Positions 12,775 to 25,745 of a stretch of 64,000 nt of DNA are shown here, one piece after another (position 1 is the first letter of the stretch; the number at the start of each line of letters is the position of its first letter). The DNA lies in the NCBI GenBank assembly GCA_051362555.1, contig CM120647.1:4712001-4776000 (forward strand), read 5' to 3'. The notes below the pieces were generated by a model. It had not been told where the DNA came from. It made no database searches and saw nothing but the letters and a program-made list of their open reading frames with translations. Source of the DNA: Lingula anatina (lineage: Eukaryota; Animalia; Brachiopoda). A program made the position numbers and the translations under genes.

Positions 12775-15700
12775 ATGGGAGAGAGAAAAGGAGGAAGTGA
12801 GGAGCCGCCTGACACTAGCATCAATGATTTTGACGACATTCTTGTGCTTATTGGAGAATTTGGGACATACCAAAAGTTATTGTTTGTGTTTCTTACGATA
12901 GCTTCTATGTTACAAAGTATGGGGTATGCCGCCGTAGTCTTTATAGAACTCACCCCCAGTTTCAGGTACAGTAAGGTCCGTTTCTAACATGATACGTATG
13001 CGATTGAATATTAATACTATGAAGGCAATTAGGACAGCGGACCAACAGATCCGCGGATCAAATATGGCCACCAACTTAAAAAATTGCCTCTTAATTCCCG
13101 ATTAGATACTAGATAGATTCCCCGCGGGAATTACGAAACAAGCATTCAAGTAGGTCGGCCATATTTGATCCTCGGATCTGTTAGTCCGCGCCCTTAATGA
13201 GAAATATGCACAATTCTGATTTCAGAACTAACATCAGCAGCTAGTTGACTGTCAGAGCTTTACATATTCCTCAATCTAATTATGTCGGGTGACTGAAGTA
13301 TTCACTTATTAAAACCGTAAACATGCATTATTGTCTTAATTTCTCCTCCAAGTACATAAACAGAATTTTCAGATTGTTTATTGACCGAACTGACTTCAAG
13401 TAAATCAAAAATATACTATAACTGACACGGTAACGAGTATTAAAAATAGAACTGAATATTATTTATGATGAACAGATAATTTTGATTTTACTTTAAAGGG
13501 AAGGGTTGATTCCTCCAAAGTATATTACAACTTATATTTTCCAGATGCAAGTTACCAAGTCTGCCAAATGACACATTCAAAAGCCAGGGGGGATGGCACA
13601 AACATATTGTCGACGTTTCGTTAATGAATGTGACTGATGGAAAATGCACCGTTCCTCAAAATACCAGTCCGTTTGGGGATGCCTTTCAAAACGAGACGAA
13701 ACCGGAGAAATGTACAGAATGGGTGTTTGATACCACCGATGTTACATATTCCTATCCTATGCAGGTACTAGTAGATATCAATTATATTTATTTATTTACT
13801 TTTTGTATAGTTTCTGCTTAGTTGCATATCATAAGTGGAGATAAATATAAAATTCCGAAATATTTAAATAATCATTTATTTTTGCAATTGTTTACGAATT
13901 AAGTTTATTATTAAGATGAATTTGAATTATTGCTCAACCAAGATTTTTCAATTCCCTTGTTCCTTTACAGATATTAGAGAAATACGTCCTTATAACAGTT
14001 GTAAAGTGACACCAGGCCCTGGTTTCACACAAAAATTATAATAATAATAAATAAGTCAGGTTCCCTAGCTAAGAACTTAATTCCCAAGGTTACATGGTCA
14101 CATAGCTGCATCTTACCCTATCAGGAGCAATCTGAGGCCAGTAATGAGATGTGCATGACTACATGTCCAAGTTGTGCAAAAGCTTTTTACAACACACGGC
14201 CTTTTGTTTCTTTTTAGTTCAGTCTAGTTTGTGACCATTCCTCAAAACTGACAAATTCCTATATATCAAATGTGCTAGGAATTTTGGTAGGTGGACGTGT
14301 GAGTATTTTGTTTGTTTTCTTTATCTTGGTTTAAAACGTTTTAATTGTCGGATGTGACAAGAGGTCTGTAAAACCATGCGTATAAGTTGAAAAAAAATGA
14401 CATGCTAAACCCTTGACTGCTTATTGTGGGTCCAACTGATGAGTAAGTGGAAGTAAGCAATGAACACTTTAATTAGTGATGTAACTGTAAATGTCTAGAA
14501 GCTATATAGTTTCTAAAGTAGTAATTTCATGAAACAACGCCATAGGCAAATATAGATTTAAAAAATATTGCCTATTCCATTCACATGTTACATAAAATGA
14601 CACTTAATTTCAGAGCTGGCCGAAAGGTGGCACTACTGCTAGGGCTGTTCCTGAGTGGTGTGTCGGGAATAGCCTGGGCGTTTTCTCCAACTTATGACTG
14701 GAGCGTCGCCTTCAGGTTCCTGTATGGATTAGGGATCAGTGCACTGTACGGGTTGTCCAGCACATTAGGTAGGATTCTTCTTAAAACGTATCTATTAAAA
14801 GAGTTGATAAAAACACTGTATAAATTAAGCAACTACTCGGGGGAAGGGGTATTGGCACTTACATTTAAACCACGGTTTTGTCTGCAGTGATTCAAGATAT
14901 TTCAGTAGCATTCCTAGTAAATTAAATATTGCGCCAACTTGTTTAATAGCAAACACTAAATGGTTTTGCAGATAAAGACTACTTCATAATGAAATTTATT
15001 TATTCATTAACATTTTATTATTATTTGGGGTCACATTATTTTGTTTTCTGAAAAGTCTGATTTCAATATATTTTACTAACACGAATCCTTTTTAGCATTG
15101 GAGATGGTGGGGCCAAACAGACGCATGGGGGTGGGGACAGGATTGGCATTTGCGTATTCGGCGGGTGCGACAGCTACTGTGGGAATAGCCTACTTCCTAC
15201 GAGACTGGCGCCATCTACAGTTGGCAATGTCTGCGCCATGTTTACTGTCGGCAGTAATAATGTTTTGGTAAATATTGGGCGGAATATTGGGGAAGGCATT
15301 TTCATCAATTTAACTTTTTATGGCCTAGATATACCTGTATATTCGATTAGAACCAAAACCGCTGGAATATTAGGATGAATGAACCCGTACTAACACCAAA
15401 TAAATGTGCTAGTCAATATATCTCCATCATATTAAGATCAATATTAAGATCGCACTTTTTGTGATCGGAAAATTTGGTATGACAGCAGCGTATAATGTGA
15501 CAAAAGCTTATGAAAGGGGTCCATGGATCGTGAGTAAATCTGTAAACAGTTTTGATATACCTTAATGATTTGGGAGAAAGTGCTGAAATTTTCCAGAATT
15601 TCAAATTACGCTTATGGCCTGCATTTTAAAGGTTATAAATCTGGATAAATACTGTTATTAACTCCTTTCGTTGCAAGGCAATCAGAACTGAGTGTGCGCA

Positions 15701-16256
15701 ATTTCAAGTATATGCAATTTCAAAACAAACTGTTGTTACATAATGTTCTGCAATGACAGAGGACGAACAAATTGTAAAAAAAAAAATTTCCGAGATTATT
15801 GGAATTAATTCATAACTTTGAACTGTGAAAATACATCAGAAATGGCACAGTTCTCTTAAAAAGTCACTCGATTAATTAATATTGTACCATTACAATTGCC
15901 AACGTCCAAATACTATTTACTGCCTGATTGGTTTTTGTATCTGTTCATTTCGTTTTTCATAGGTGCCTTCCGGAATCTCCGAGGTGGCTGCTCACCAGGG
16001 GTCGCCATAAATTAGCACATAAAATTCTAAAACGTACCGCTAGGATAAACGGAACTTTCCTCCCTGAGGACCTTTTAGGGAAGGTTGAAATAAACGAGCC
16101 TCCCACCGCCAGTGCTCGAGCCTTGCTTCGTGCACCCAAACTGATGTTAAAAATGCTCCTGCTTTATGTGAATTGGTACGTAGGATCCTGTGAAGCGCAT
16201 CAAGGGAGAGACAGATAAAATAACAGCGAAATCTAAATAATTAAATGGGTGCACCT

Positions 16257-16315
<59 letters not shown>

Positions 16316-18172
16316 TAGAGAGAGAGAGGGGGGCGGAGAGGGAGAGAGGGGACAGAGAGAAATGATACACATTTAGACAAAGAAAGGACGGACGACGTCA
16401 ATATGTTTATAATCCGTCATACTGTATTAAGGTTTGCAATTTTTATAAAATTTCTTTTTTTTTTTTTGAAAATAGATACTTAGCGGTCAATTTTACATTA
16501 ACATTTGTTTATTTGTTTTACAACAATGATCATGTACTAGTAAATTATTTATGCGCAACATTTACCTCGACATTTGTGTCATTGTCAGGTTTGTTGCAGA
16601 TATGACATATTTTGGATTAAATCTTCACGCCGGGAACATGGCCGGGGACATCTACTTCAACTTTCTACTCTTAACTCTAATAGAGTACCCAGCAAACGCA
16701 GTCTGTTTCACCATCGACAGATTCGGAAGGAAGAAGCCCTTTATTCTGTTCATTATTGCAGGTGCTCTAGCTTGCCTTGCACCTCTCTTGGTGCAAGAGT
16801 ATGCAGATAAAGGTGAGGTTAATTTTCTATTGGCGGACGCCATGGGACGCACATGTAGCGTGTGCTCCGGACTTAGTTTTGGGGAGAACCCCCTTCTGAC
16901 ACTCCTCCCCCCCATCCCCCCCCCCCCCCCCACACACACACACTCACACACACACACACACACACACACAATCAATTAGCAATGACTCCGTGATTGTAGA
17001 GAAAAAATTGCAGCAAAATCATCCACCAATTTCGGAGAGAGTCCTTTTTTGTACAGGCACATACATTTACATTTATTTTTTTTATATCATATACATGTAT
17101 TAGTAGCTTTAGGCACTTTTAAATGTACCGGAATAGTTGCATGTATTGATTTCGTCTTTCAGATTTAGAATCTACTCACTATATTAAGATCGCACTTTTT
17201 GTGATCGGAAAATTTGGTATGACAGCAGCGTATAATGTCTTATATATCTGGAGTATAGAAGTATTCCCCACCGTCACTCGTAACTTCAGTATGGGACTGG
17301 GCTCCGTGTCTGCAGCCCTCGGGAATATGCTCTGTCCTGTTATTGTGGTAAGCTAAGGCAAAACGTGCCTTGAGAATATCTACTTTTCGTATTTTGTATT
17401 ATTTTCTTAATTAATTCATTAATTAATTAAATTGGTATTAATTAATTTCTTACTTGACTTCTAAACTAATCAATACATTAATTTCATCATTAGTTCATTA
17501 ACATTACTTTATTTGTTTATTTATTTATATTTATTTAGTCCTTACAGGCATCGTTTATATACTGTTTTATGTTTGATTCATTCTGGGATTTTTTGTTTTA
17601 TTATTTGCCCTGTTTTGTTCATAAGCTTATTTCCATCTTTTCATTCTAGAGGGACATCAAAGTGGAAAGCATTGGAAAGGATACTCTACCGCTTGTGATA
17701 TTCGGCGCTGCGGCCATATTTGGATCGGTGTGTACAATTCCTCTTCCAGAAACTGCAAAAAGAGACCTCCCCGAGACGATAGAAGACGCAAATACTTTTA
17801 AACAGTATGTTGTTCTTTTCAATTCACTTAGCTGTGGTTTGGGGGTGTGGTAAGACCATTTGATCTAAAAAAAAAAACAATTTAGATAAATATTATGCAC
17901 AGTTGTTTAAACATGAATAAGATGAATCCTGTAAAGATGATTGCCTGGTAATATTAGCGGAAAAATACCGCCCTTTCCCTAATCTGAGAGAGAGAGAGAG
18001 CAAGAGAGGGAACGAAAAGGTTAACTTGTCTTTGGTATTTAGACGTAGTTCGATTATCCCACTAAATATTTTATTTTGTTGCAGCCGACGTCCACACACA
18101 GATAGCAAGGATCAACACACACACCCAGACAAGGTGGTTATAGCCGTCATTAGTGAGACAACACGATTGTGA
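12775..18172 (+). CDS. SLC22-family organic cation/anion transporter, paralogue B (10 coding exons; exon 3 appears frameshifted, possible pseudogene)
   Basis: Exons 12775-12965, 13545-13764, 14218-14298, 14614-14768, 15096-15267, 15963-16175, 16589-16812, 17163-17347, 17650-17804, 18085-18172. Motifs: [48 protein letters not shown]. The C-terminal ETTRL is PDZ-ligand-like. Confidence 0.9.
13031..13194. mobile_element. MITE with ~40-bp TIRs in SLC22-B intron 1
   Basis: GCGGACCAACAGATCCGCGGATCAAATATGGCC ... GGCCATATTTGATCCTCGGATCTGTTAGTCCGC. Confidence 0.75.
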
Positions 18173-18759
18173 ACAGCGTATGCGTGAAAAGGAGTGCATT
18201 ATAAGTGGATATGATACACCGCCAAAGGGACGTATTTTATATCAACTGATTGTTTCATACTAAGCATTTTAATAAATTATTTCATCTTGGTTTATTAAAA
18301 GGCTGATAAGCTTTTTTACTGATGAATAAATTTGCCGACGTCGATACCAAGAATGGGGTTGCTACAACTAAAACCGTCTCTTTAACGTCGTAGGTGTGCT
18401 CTTTAACGTACGTCGTAGGTGAAGCAGAACTAAATTTCAGTATTATTCAAAACCATATTAATAAAAAGAAGTAATTTATCTAGGAACGCTCCGTGTTGGC
18501 TTCTGAAATACGCCCTCGTGTACATGACGAACACTAACAACGTTGATGATAATACCATGTTCGCGGACTGGCGTTACGCAGTCGACAATTGAAATGGCAA
18601 AGACTATACTCACAACTAAAATCGCCTGCTTGCAAACCTCTTTGGCTCTTATCGTGTTCTATAACCGCACAGGTGAAGTCAAACGTACATTCAGTGTAAA
18701 ACAAAATGAAAACAACAGCAACTGAAATCATCTAAGAACGTTCCGGGTACAATTACTTG

Positions 18760-18820
<61 letters not shown>

Positions 18821-19199
18821 GTAACCAGAAATGATTGGTGTATCAGCACGTCATACACCCTGTAAACTGCGTTCAGCAGAATACAATGATATCTTCTTGG
18901 CGGATTTATTTGTCAAATATTTTTTCTCACAATTAGCATTGTCGCAGTTGCTTGAATGGAAAGCGGAGCAGAATATTCATGTTTGAATGTTTTACTCATG
19001 ATTCCCTCTTCTAAAAGGGTTGCTAAAAATAAAACCGTCCCATTGTGCTCGTTAATGTCATAGGTGAAGCCAAACTAAACCTTAGCATCATTCAAAGTCA
19101 AAGTAAAAAAAAAAAAAATAGAAAAGAAATTAATAATTGATTTAGGTACGCTTCGTCTTGGCTTCTCAAGTACGTCCTCGTGTACATGACGAACACTAA

Positions 19200-19421
19200 A
19201 ACCCCCTTTACACTGGACGGCGTCCTTTCTGCGTCCTTTGTGCGACCGTGAACCTGGTATCGCTGTGGTCGTAAAAAAGAAGGCACATGCACCGCTTTGG
19301 TTGCAAATGAATTTTCAATGATAGGCCAGTTGTCGGCACTCAAAGGTATTATTGTTTTTGACTCTCAAACAGGACCGTACAACGGGACGCAGAAAGGACG
19401 CCGTCCAGTGTAAAGGGGGCT
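19200..19421. mobile_element. PIF/Harbinger-type MITE with TAA target-site duplication
   Basis: TIRs as at 8846-9060. The paralogous empty site at ~18530 reads AACAC-TAA-CAACG. Confidence 0.85.
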
Positions 19422-19821
19422 TAACAACGTTGATGATGATGATACCATGTTCGCGGACTGCTTTACGCGGGATGAAATACATACAGTACCTGCATGTACG
19501 CTTCACGGGTTTTCGATTGTTATGTCAGATATGCACATGTACAGCCAAACTGTCCCTCTCTGTGAGAAAGTAGAACTTGTCCATTTGGTCTGCAACCTAT
19601 CAACGAAGATTCTGTGGCTCCGTGGTAACTCCGCCGTTTTATTTATTTATTTTTTTTGTATTTTATTTTATTTATTTATTTTTTTTTTTGTCATCGCCAT
19701 AAAGTCTGCGTCTTCAATTTTTTTTCTCTTTGCTTTTTGGTCTTTAAAATGATACTTGACCATTGATATCTAGCCGCAAAAAACATGTTTGATATTTGCA
19801 ATGGATTATATGTGATCCTAC

Positions 19822-19872
<51 letters not shown>

Positions 19873-22150
19873 TCTATCAATGTATTAATGTATTTATTTA
19901 TTTATTCACTTGTGTTTGTTTGTTTATTTAATTATCAGTTTATTATTTTTTGTTTGTTTGTTTCATATAATATGACACGTGAGCCCAGGTCAACAAGGGC
20001 ACAGTTTTTGTTTGATATGCATCTTTCGAATCATTACCATATCATACGTACACAAGTACCATGACTCATTGTTTTTGAGTCAAACTCGGAAGACCTTGGC
20101 GATACCAAGCTGTCCTCGCTTTTTGCGCCTAGCTTTGGATGAAAAACAACGGTAACTAGTGCACCTGCAAATATCATTCAGTAGTGAGTATTGATTAGTA
20201 TGTTTTGGAATATTACTATTGAAATATCCGATACCAGTACGAGTGTGTACGGGGGGGAGGGGGGGGTCCTAACCCCCGTTCGATTTCTGAAAAAAAATCA
20301 CACCGGTAGTCCCCACATGGAATTAATGGTCTGAATCATAGTCCTAAATCTTAAAAAAATTGCACCGTTCGCCTTGTATTATACCAAAAATTTTCAGGAC
20401 CCACTAGGACCCGAGTCAGTTCCCCATTACTTTGACAGTCGTCCCATATACTAACCGCAATGCTCCTACTAACCCAAACCTGTATTAATCACATGGGAGC
20501 CCGGGCTTCCATCCCTAGGATTTCTGTCACACCGGCCTGATCATACATAGACATATACACGGTGTTGCCGATCTCCAGTCCGAAGCTTTCCATTAAATGA
20601 AATCATATAGCTTCGCAAGTTAATGGAGACATGTCAGTCACGGTCACGCTTTGTGACTGTCCCCTACTTGGACATTATAAATAAATCAAGGGACAGCGTA
20701 GAGAGGTGAGTGTTTTTTCACGCCTCTCCGGCCAATATAAGGACCAGCCTCTATTCTGACTGACCGCAAGTCGGGCCAGGCAGTGGTCACTATGTAGACA
20801 CTAGGACACTTATTAACACAGGGTCCCTTCTGGAGAGAGAGGTACTGTAAATGTTAATAGCTTTTTTAATGTACATTTTTGTATAGTACATAAAATTAGA
20901 GAAATACGAATATTTTTAAAATATGTGTTTTTGTCTGTATTTTGATAAGAATGTCGTGTCGGGACCCACGATTTCTCTGATGAGCACTTAAAAACATTTG
21001 TTGTTGGTCTCTGTTTTGAAAAAAAAAAATGTAAAAGTGCCTTTTATCTTGGCTCAATCTTTAAACATCTTTAAACTTCCACAGTTCTTATCGTCGACCG
21101 TATGGTGTGTTAAAGGGCCCAGATGATGTCTTGTCTTTTTTAAGTGGATGATAAACTGTAATTTATAAATACACCTTGACAATGTCAAACGGATGAACCA
21201 GAAGAGACACATCGCTTATTAACAGTGCTCCATTCAAGTAGGAAGAACGGCAAACTGATGAGGTTATTCGCAATATTATTACTTTGGCCATGTTTTCCTC
21301 TTGAATATTTTAAGTATATATTTCCACATGTATCACCCTACAGCGTTTCGTGGTCAAGACGGCGAGGCTGAATAACCTTTTTAACTTTTCTTAATTTCAT
21401 TCTTTAAAAAAGGTACACGCCCAGGGTGATTCAAAACGGAAGTATGATGATGGTTTTCACTTGTTTACGTTTATTGTTTTATACCTATGCGTGACTAACT
21501 ACCATAAAGTCCACATCGTCGTTCATGAATGCTCTCAGCGTGCGCGAAATATATACTAGTACGTAGTGGCATTAGATGAGTTAAACAAGAACATATCCTC
21601 TTTATTAACAAGGATAACACTATCCATTGTATAAGTCTGTTATCCTATGGACTGTTGTCTCGAAGAAAGCAGCCATTTTTAACCACTGGATAGCAACATT
21701 AGAAAAAAAAATGTTTGTCTAGCATTTAGGAAACATTAATTTACCCACAGGATAAGTGTCCAGAGGATAACAATTTCATCCATTGGATATTTGACCGTAG
21801 GACAGCGCTATCCAGTGTTGATGAAACTGAACCAAGGTATACTGTAGCCAAAGCAAAAATCACAATGTGTAGTCAGGAAAAATCTACATTTGTTAATATC
21901 AAGAATTAACGATCATATCGTTCCATCAATTTATATTTCTTACTGGGTTAAGACGGTAGAGAGGAATGACGATATTATCAACATTGGGCGGATATTCAAT
22001 AGTAGAAAAAGACCTTCGCGTAGGCTGAAATATGCGAGTCCATTCTTCTTCTTATTATTATTTTGATGGGATTGACCTATATTTATGCTAATAGCGGGAG
22101 CATCATCTGGGTCAGTGACCGTTACGGCACATCACAAGGGTTCAACAGTT

Positions 22151-22367
22151 AGACCCCGTTCCCAGAGATTAGATCGATCCAACTAGATCGACCTAACTCC
22201 CTGGGGGTTCACGCTAAATAGCTGTCAGCCGAGTGGGCACGAAAGTTAATTACCCCCTTACAGCTTGTAGTCGGCGGGACGGACATTAAAGCCGAATTAT
22301 CTGACAGTAATCTAGTGAGACTCACCACGGGGATAGATCGATCTAAATATAAAGGGGAATGCGCCCT
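22151..22367. mobile_element. GATCGATC-type MITE family copy
   Basis: Highly similar to 4385-4606. Confidence 0.7.
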
Positions 22368-22698
22368 TACACAATAAAAAGGGCTCTTCCCAACGGTTTT
22401 GCTGCGTAGGTCGACTCAACACCGGGGTAACCTACGCTGACTCTGTGGATACAATCAGATTAAACTATTAACACGCCCCCTCCTGGCGTTGCCAAGAAAT
22501 TGTGTTCCGCCAGGACGTTGGGAACAAGGGGGCGTGTCTGTCAGTCAAATTACACCCAGCGAGTATCTCCGCGGAGTTGGATCGATCTAGGTGAAATGTT
22601 AGGCCTCATTCCCATATACACCATACGTCTACGTAGATCCACCCTACTCTGTAGGGAGTCTAGCTGCTTGCAATCAGTTGAACAGTTTATTTTCTAAA

Positions 22699-22742
<44 letters not shown>

Positions 22743-22778
22743 GTATTTATTTATTTCTAGCAAGCACTGACATCAGGC

Positions 22779-23902
22779 ATGTGGAAGTTTACTCTCGGGC
22801 TCTTGACAGTGGTGTCACTCACGGCAGGTGTGTCCTGCACTCTGGAACCCTGGGAAAGAAAGATCAGTGACGGACTAGGGAATGTCAACCTTGACACCTC
22901 AACAGGTAAAAGAGGATGCGTTAACAACGAACAAATAAAATATTTTTTAATGGTAAAAACAACAAAGTTCACACTCAGTTATAGATAGACTCGGACGTAC
23001 TCGACAATGTCAACTTTGACACCTCAACAGGTAAAGAGGATTAATTGAAAACAATAAATCAATCAATAAATAAATAAATAAATAAAATATTTTAAAAATA
23101 ACAAAAAACAGCAACGTTCTACACTCAGTTATCGATAGATTCGGACTCCGACATCTCAACCTTGACACCTAAACACGTAAAGAAGGGTGTTTTAAGAAAG
23201 AAAAAATAAATTAAATAAAACAGCAATGTAATACCTTCATTTGTCGATAAAATGCTAGTTTGGCTCTGTCCTAGTTTGCTATATAATAGTTTCTCTTACA
23301 AAGCAACATGCATGAGTCACTTAAACTTTACTGTTTAGACTCACAAACACACAGAGCCAGTGCATAATACATGTTGCCTCATCCCGTGAATGAATATACA
23401 TTTAACTGCCTATACTAGTGTATAACCCAGTTATAGGACATCTAAGATGTCGCCTATTACATGGTCCATGGCTATCCACTCGGCCTGGCTCCATATATAA
23501 TGATAGGTTACTGTTCGGCGCTTAGCACTAAAGTGCATGCTGATATAGACATGATTGCGCCCTGCTACAATCCGTCCTTGTATAATACACACGTATTGCA
23601 CAACCGTAATGCCTTTTGGTGTGTGTTGGGGTTTTGGTGTCATGCACAGGCGTCCGAGAGAAATGACCCGAGTCCATTCCGCTATGCCTTGGGTATATTC
23701 AGCGGAATATTCCGTGGCAATTAGAAAAATATTACTTGCTTTGGTACTTTTTGTAGTGGCAGCGAGTCACAAAAATACATGTAGTACAAGTAGTTCACAA
23801 TGTTAGTTATATTTATTATATTATATTATACCTTATAATAATACGATTTTACAATTTCAAATTATCTTTATTTGGTATGTATGGATCTGTGTTACATTTT
23901 CC

Positions 23903-23943
<41 letters not shown>

Positions 23944-25696
23944 CATCAGTCATTGCCTTATTATACGAATACATATTTGCTACGTATACCTTATCGTTTA
24001 CTCAGACGAACTCCGGTTTTTTCAATAGAGAGAGTAAACGAGGTGTATATGAAAGCAAACGATAATAAGAATCTTAAAATCTAAGTAAGTGAAGTGTGCA
24101 ATCATCTCTTAGTTAATTTAGAGTATCATTACCCGTTTCAGCAAACGCCGATGCTCAGGATTATTTCATCTTTGGTCTGAAGCTGGTGATATCATTTTGG
24201 CATGACCTGGCCGAAGAGTCTTTCCGTAAGGCGCAGCAGCTGGACCCTGCGTTCGCCATGGCATACTGGGGCGAGGCCCTGTGCAAAAAGTGGTTTCTAT
24301 GGAACAGCGACTTCCCGGACGACGCCAACGCCATCTTGCGTCTCATGGACGAGAACAACCCGACGATGAACGCTCATGAAACAATGTACATCGATGCCAT
24401 ACGGGCTCTTTTTAAGAATGCCACCGACGAAAATATTCGCGAGAGAGATCAAGATTTTTCGACCAAAATGGCGTCTTTGTTAGAGGCATACCCAGGTGAC
24501 CACGTGGCAGCTGCTTATTACTCAATTTCGTTACTAGAACTCAACAAACTAGATGAAGCCAGAGACGTTTTGTCCAGTCTTTTAAAGGCAGACCCCAACC
24601 ATCCCGCCGGCCTCCATTTTGCCTTGCACGCCTTTGATTTCCATCAAGAGGGCGTGGCGGAGAAGGGCTTGGCTGCGGCGGACAGGTATCCCACAATAGT
24701 CTCCCAGGCGTCGCACGGCGACCACATGCCCGCGCACATCTACATAAGACTAGGGATGTGGAAGGAAGCGGTCAAGGTAGAGAGAGTGGCCTTGAAAGCA
24801 GGGGATGATTTCACGAAGCAGAGAAAGAACGGGAGCGACTCTTACGACAAGTGGAACCGGTATCATTCTCTTGAGTACTTGCAGTATTATCTTTTACAAG
24901 TAAGTAGCCCCGGTGTAATGAAACTGAGGGTCTGTGTAACAGAAAGTCCGCATTCCATGGTTAGGGTTAGCCTGATCTTAGTGGACCAAGATGGCGAGGC
25001 TTACCTGTACAGATGAATGGAAAGAGGACTCTCTATTTCTCTTTGTCACGTGACACCGGCCCCGTAAATACCCCCCCCCCCTCACAAATAGGTTCACAAT
25101 CGTTCAGTATAAAGTTTTTAATTTTTGCAGAATGTCTTCATCGCATTCGTTATAATCATCAATACCTTTTAAAATTACGCAGCTAACACATAGTGAAAGT
25201 TTCCTTCAGCGCACCAAGCTAATTGAGTAAATTCTGTTTAAGAATAGGGTGATAAAATACATGAGAGGCGATTAGTAGTATCCACATTTTTAAATTTAAA
25301 TTCAATTAACAACATCTATTTGTTTCATATGCATTCAGATATCGATTATTTTTTCACATATATTCGCATTTCAGCAAGCCCGTTTTAAAGAAGCTGCGCA
25401 ATTATTAGAGCGCATGCGCAAAGTTGTACAGGCAAAACCAGACGATCTTTTCTTCCGCCAGACCTGGTACAGAATGGCTGCGCGCCAGTATCTGGAGTCA
25501 AGAAACTATGACGTTAGCATTAAGATATCCGTGCTTACTTCTCTGTCCCTTTACAGTTTATGTCTGAGTCTTCTTTCTTTCAACAGTCTTTTTTCCGCGG
25601 TAGTCTGTTCACTTGTGTGGCCCTCTTTAATAGTAATGGAAATTCAGAACATGGTCATGAACCAGTATGCTATTTGACAATGTTGAAGTGGTTGTA

Positions 25697-25745
<49 letters not shown>

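Noticed and set aside
18763-18819. Long poly-A as a retrocopy tail
   Set aside because: No recognisable retroelement body or target-site duplication; long homopolymers are common across the window.
24186-25016. Bacterial contamination
   Set aside because: The ORF is an internal exon with canonical splice sites, flanked by host MITEs and microsatellites.
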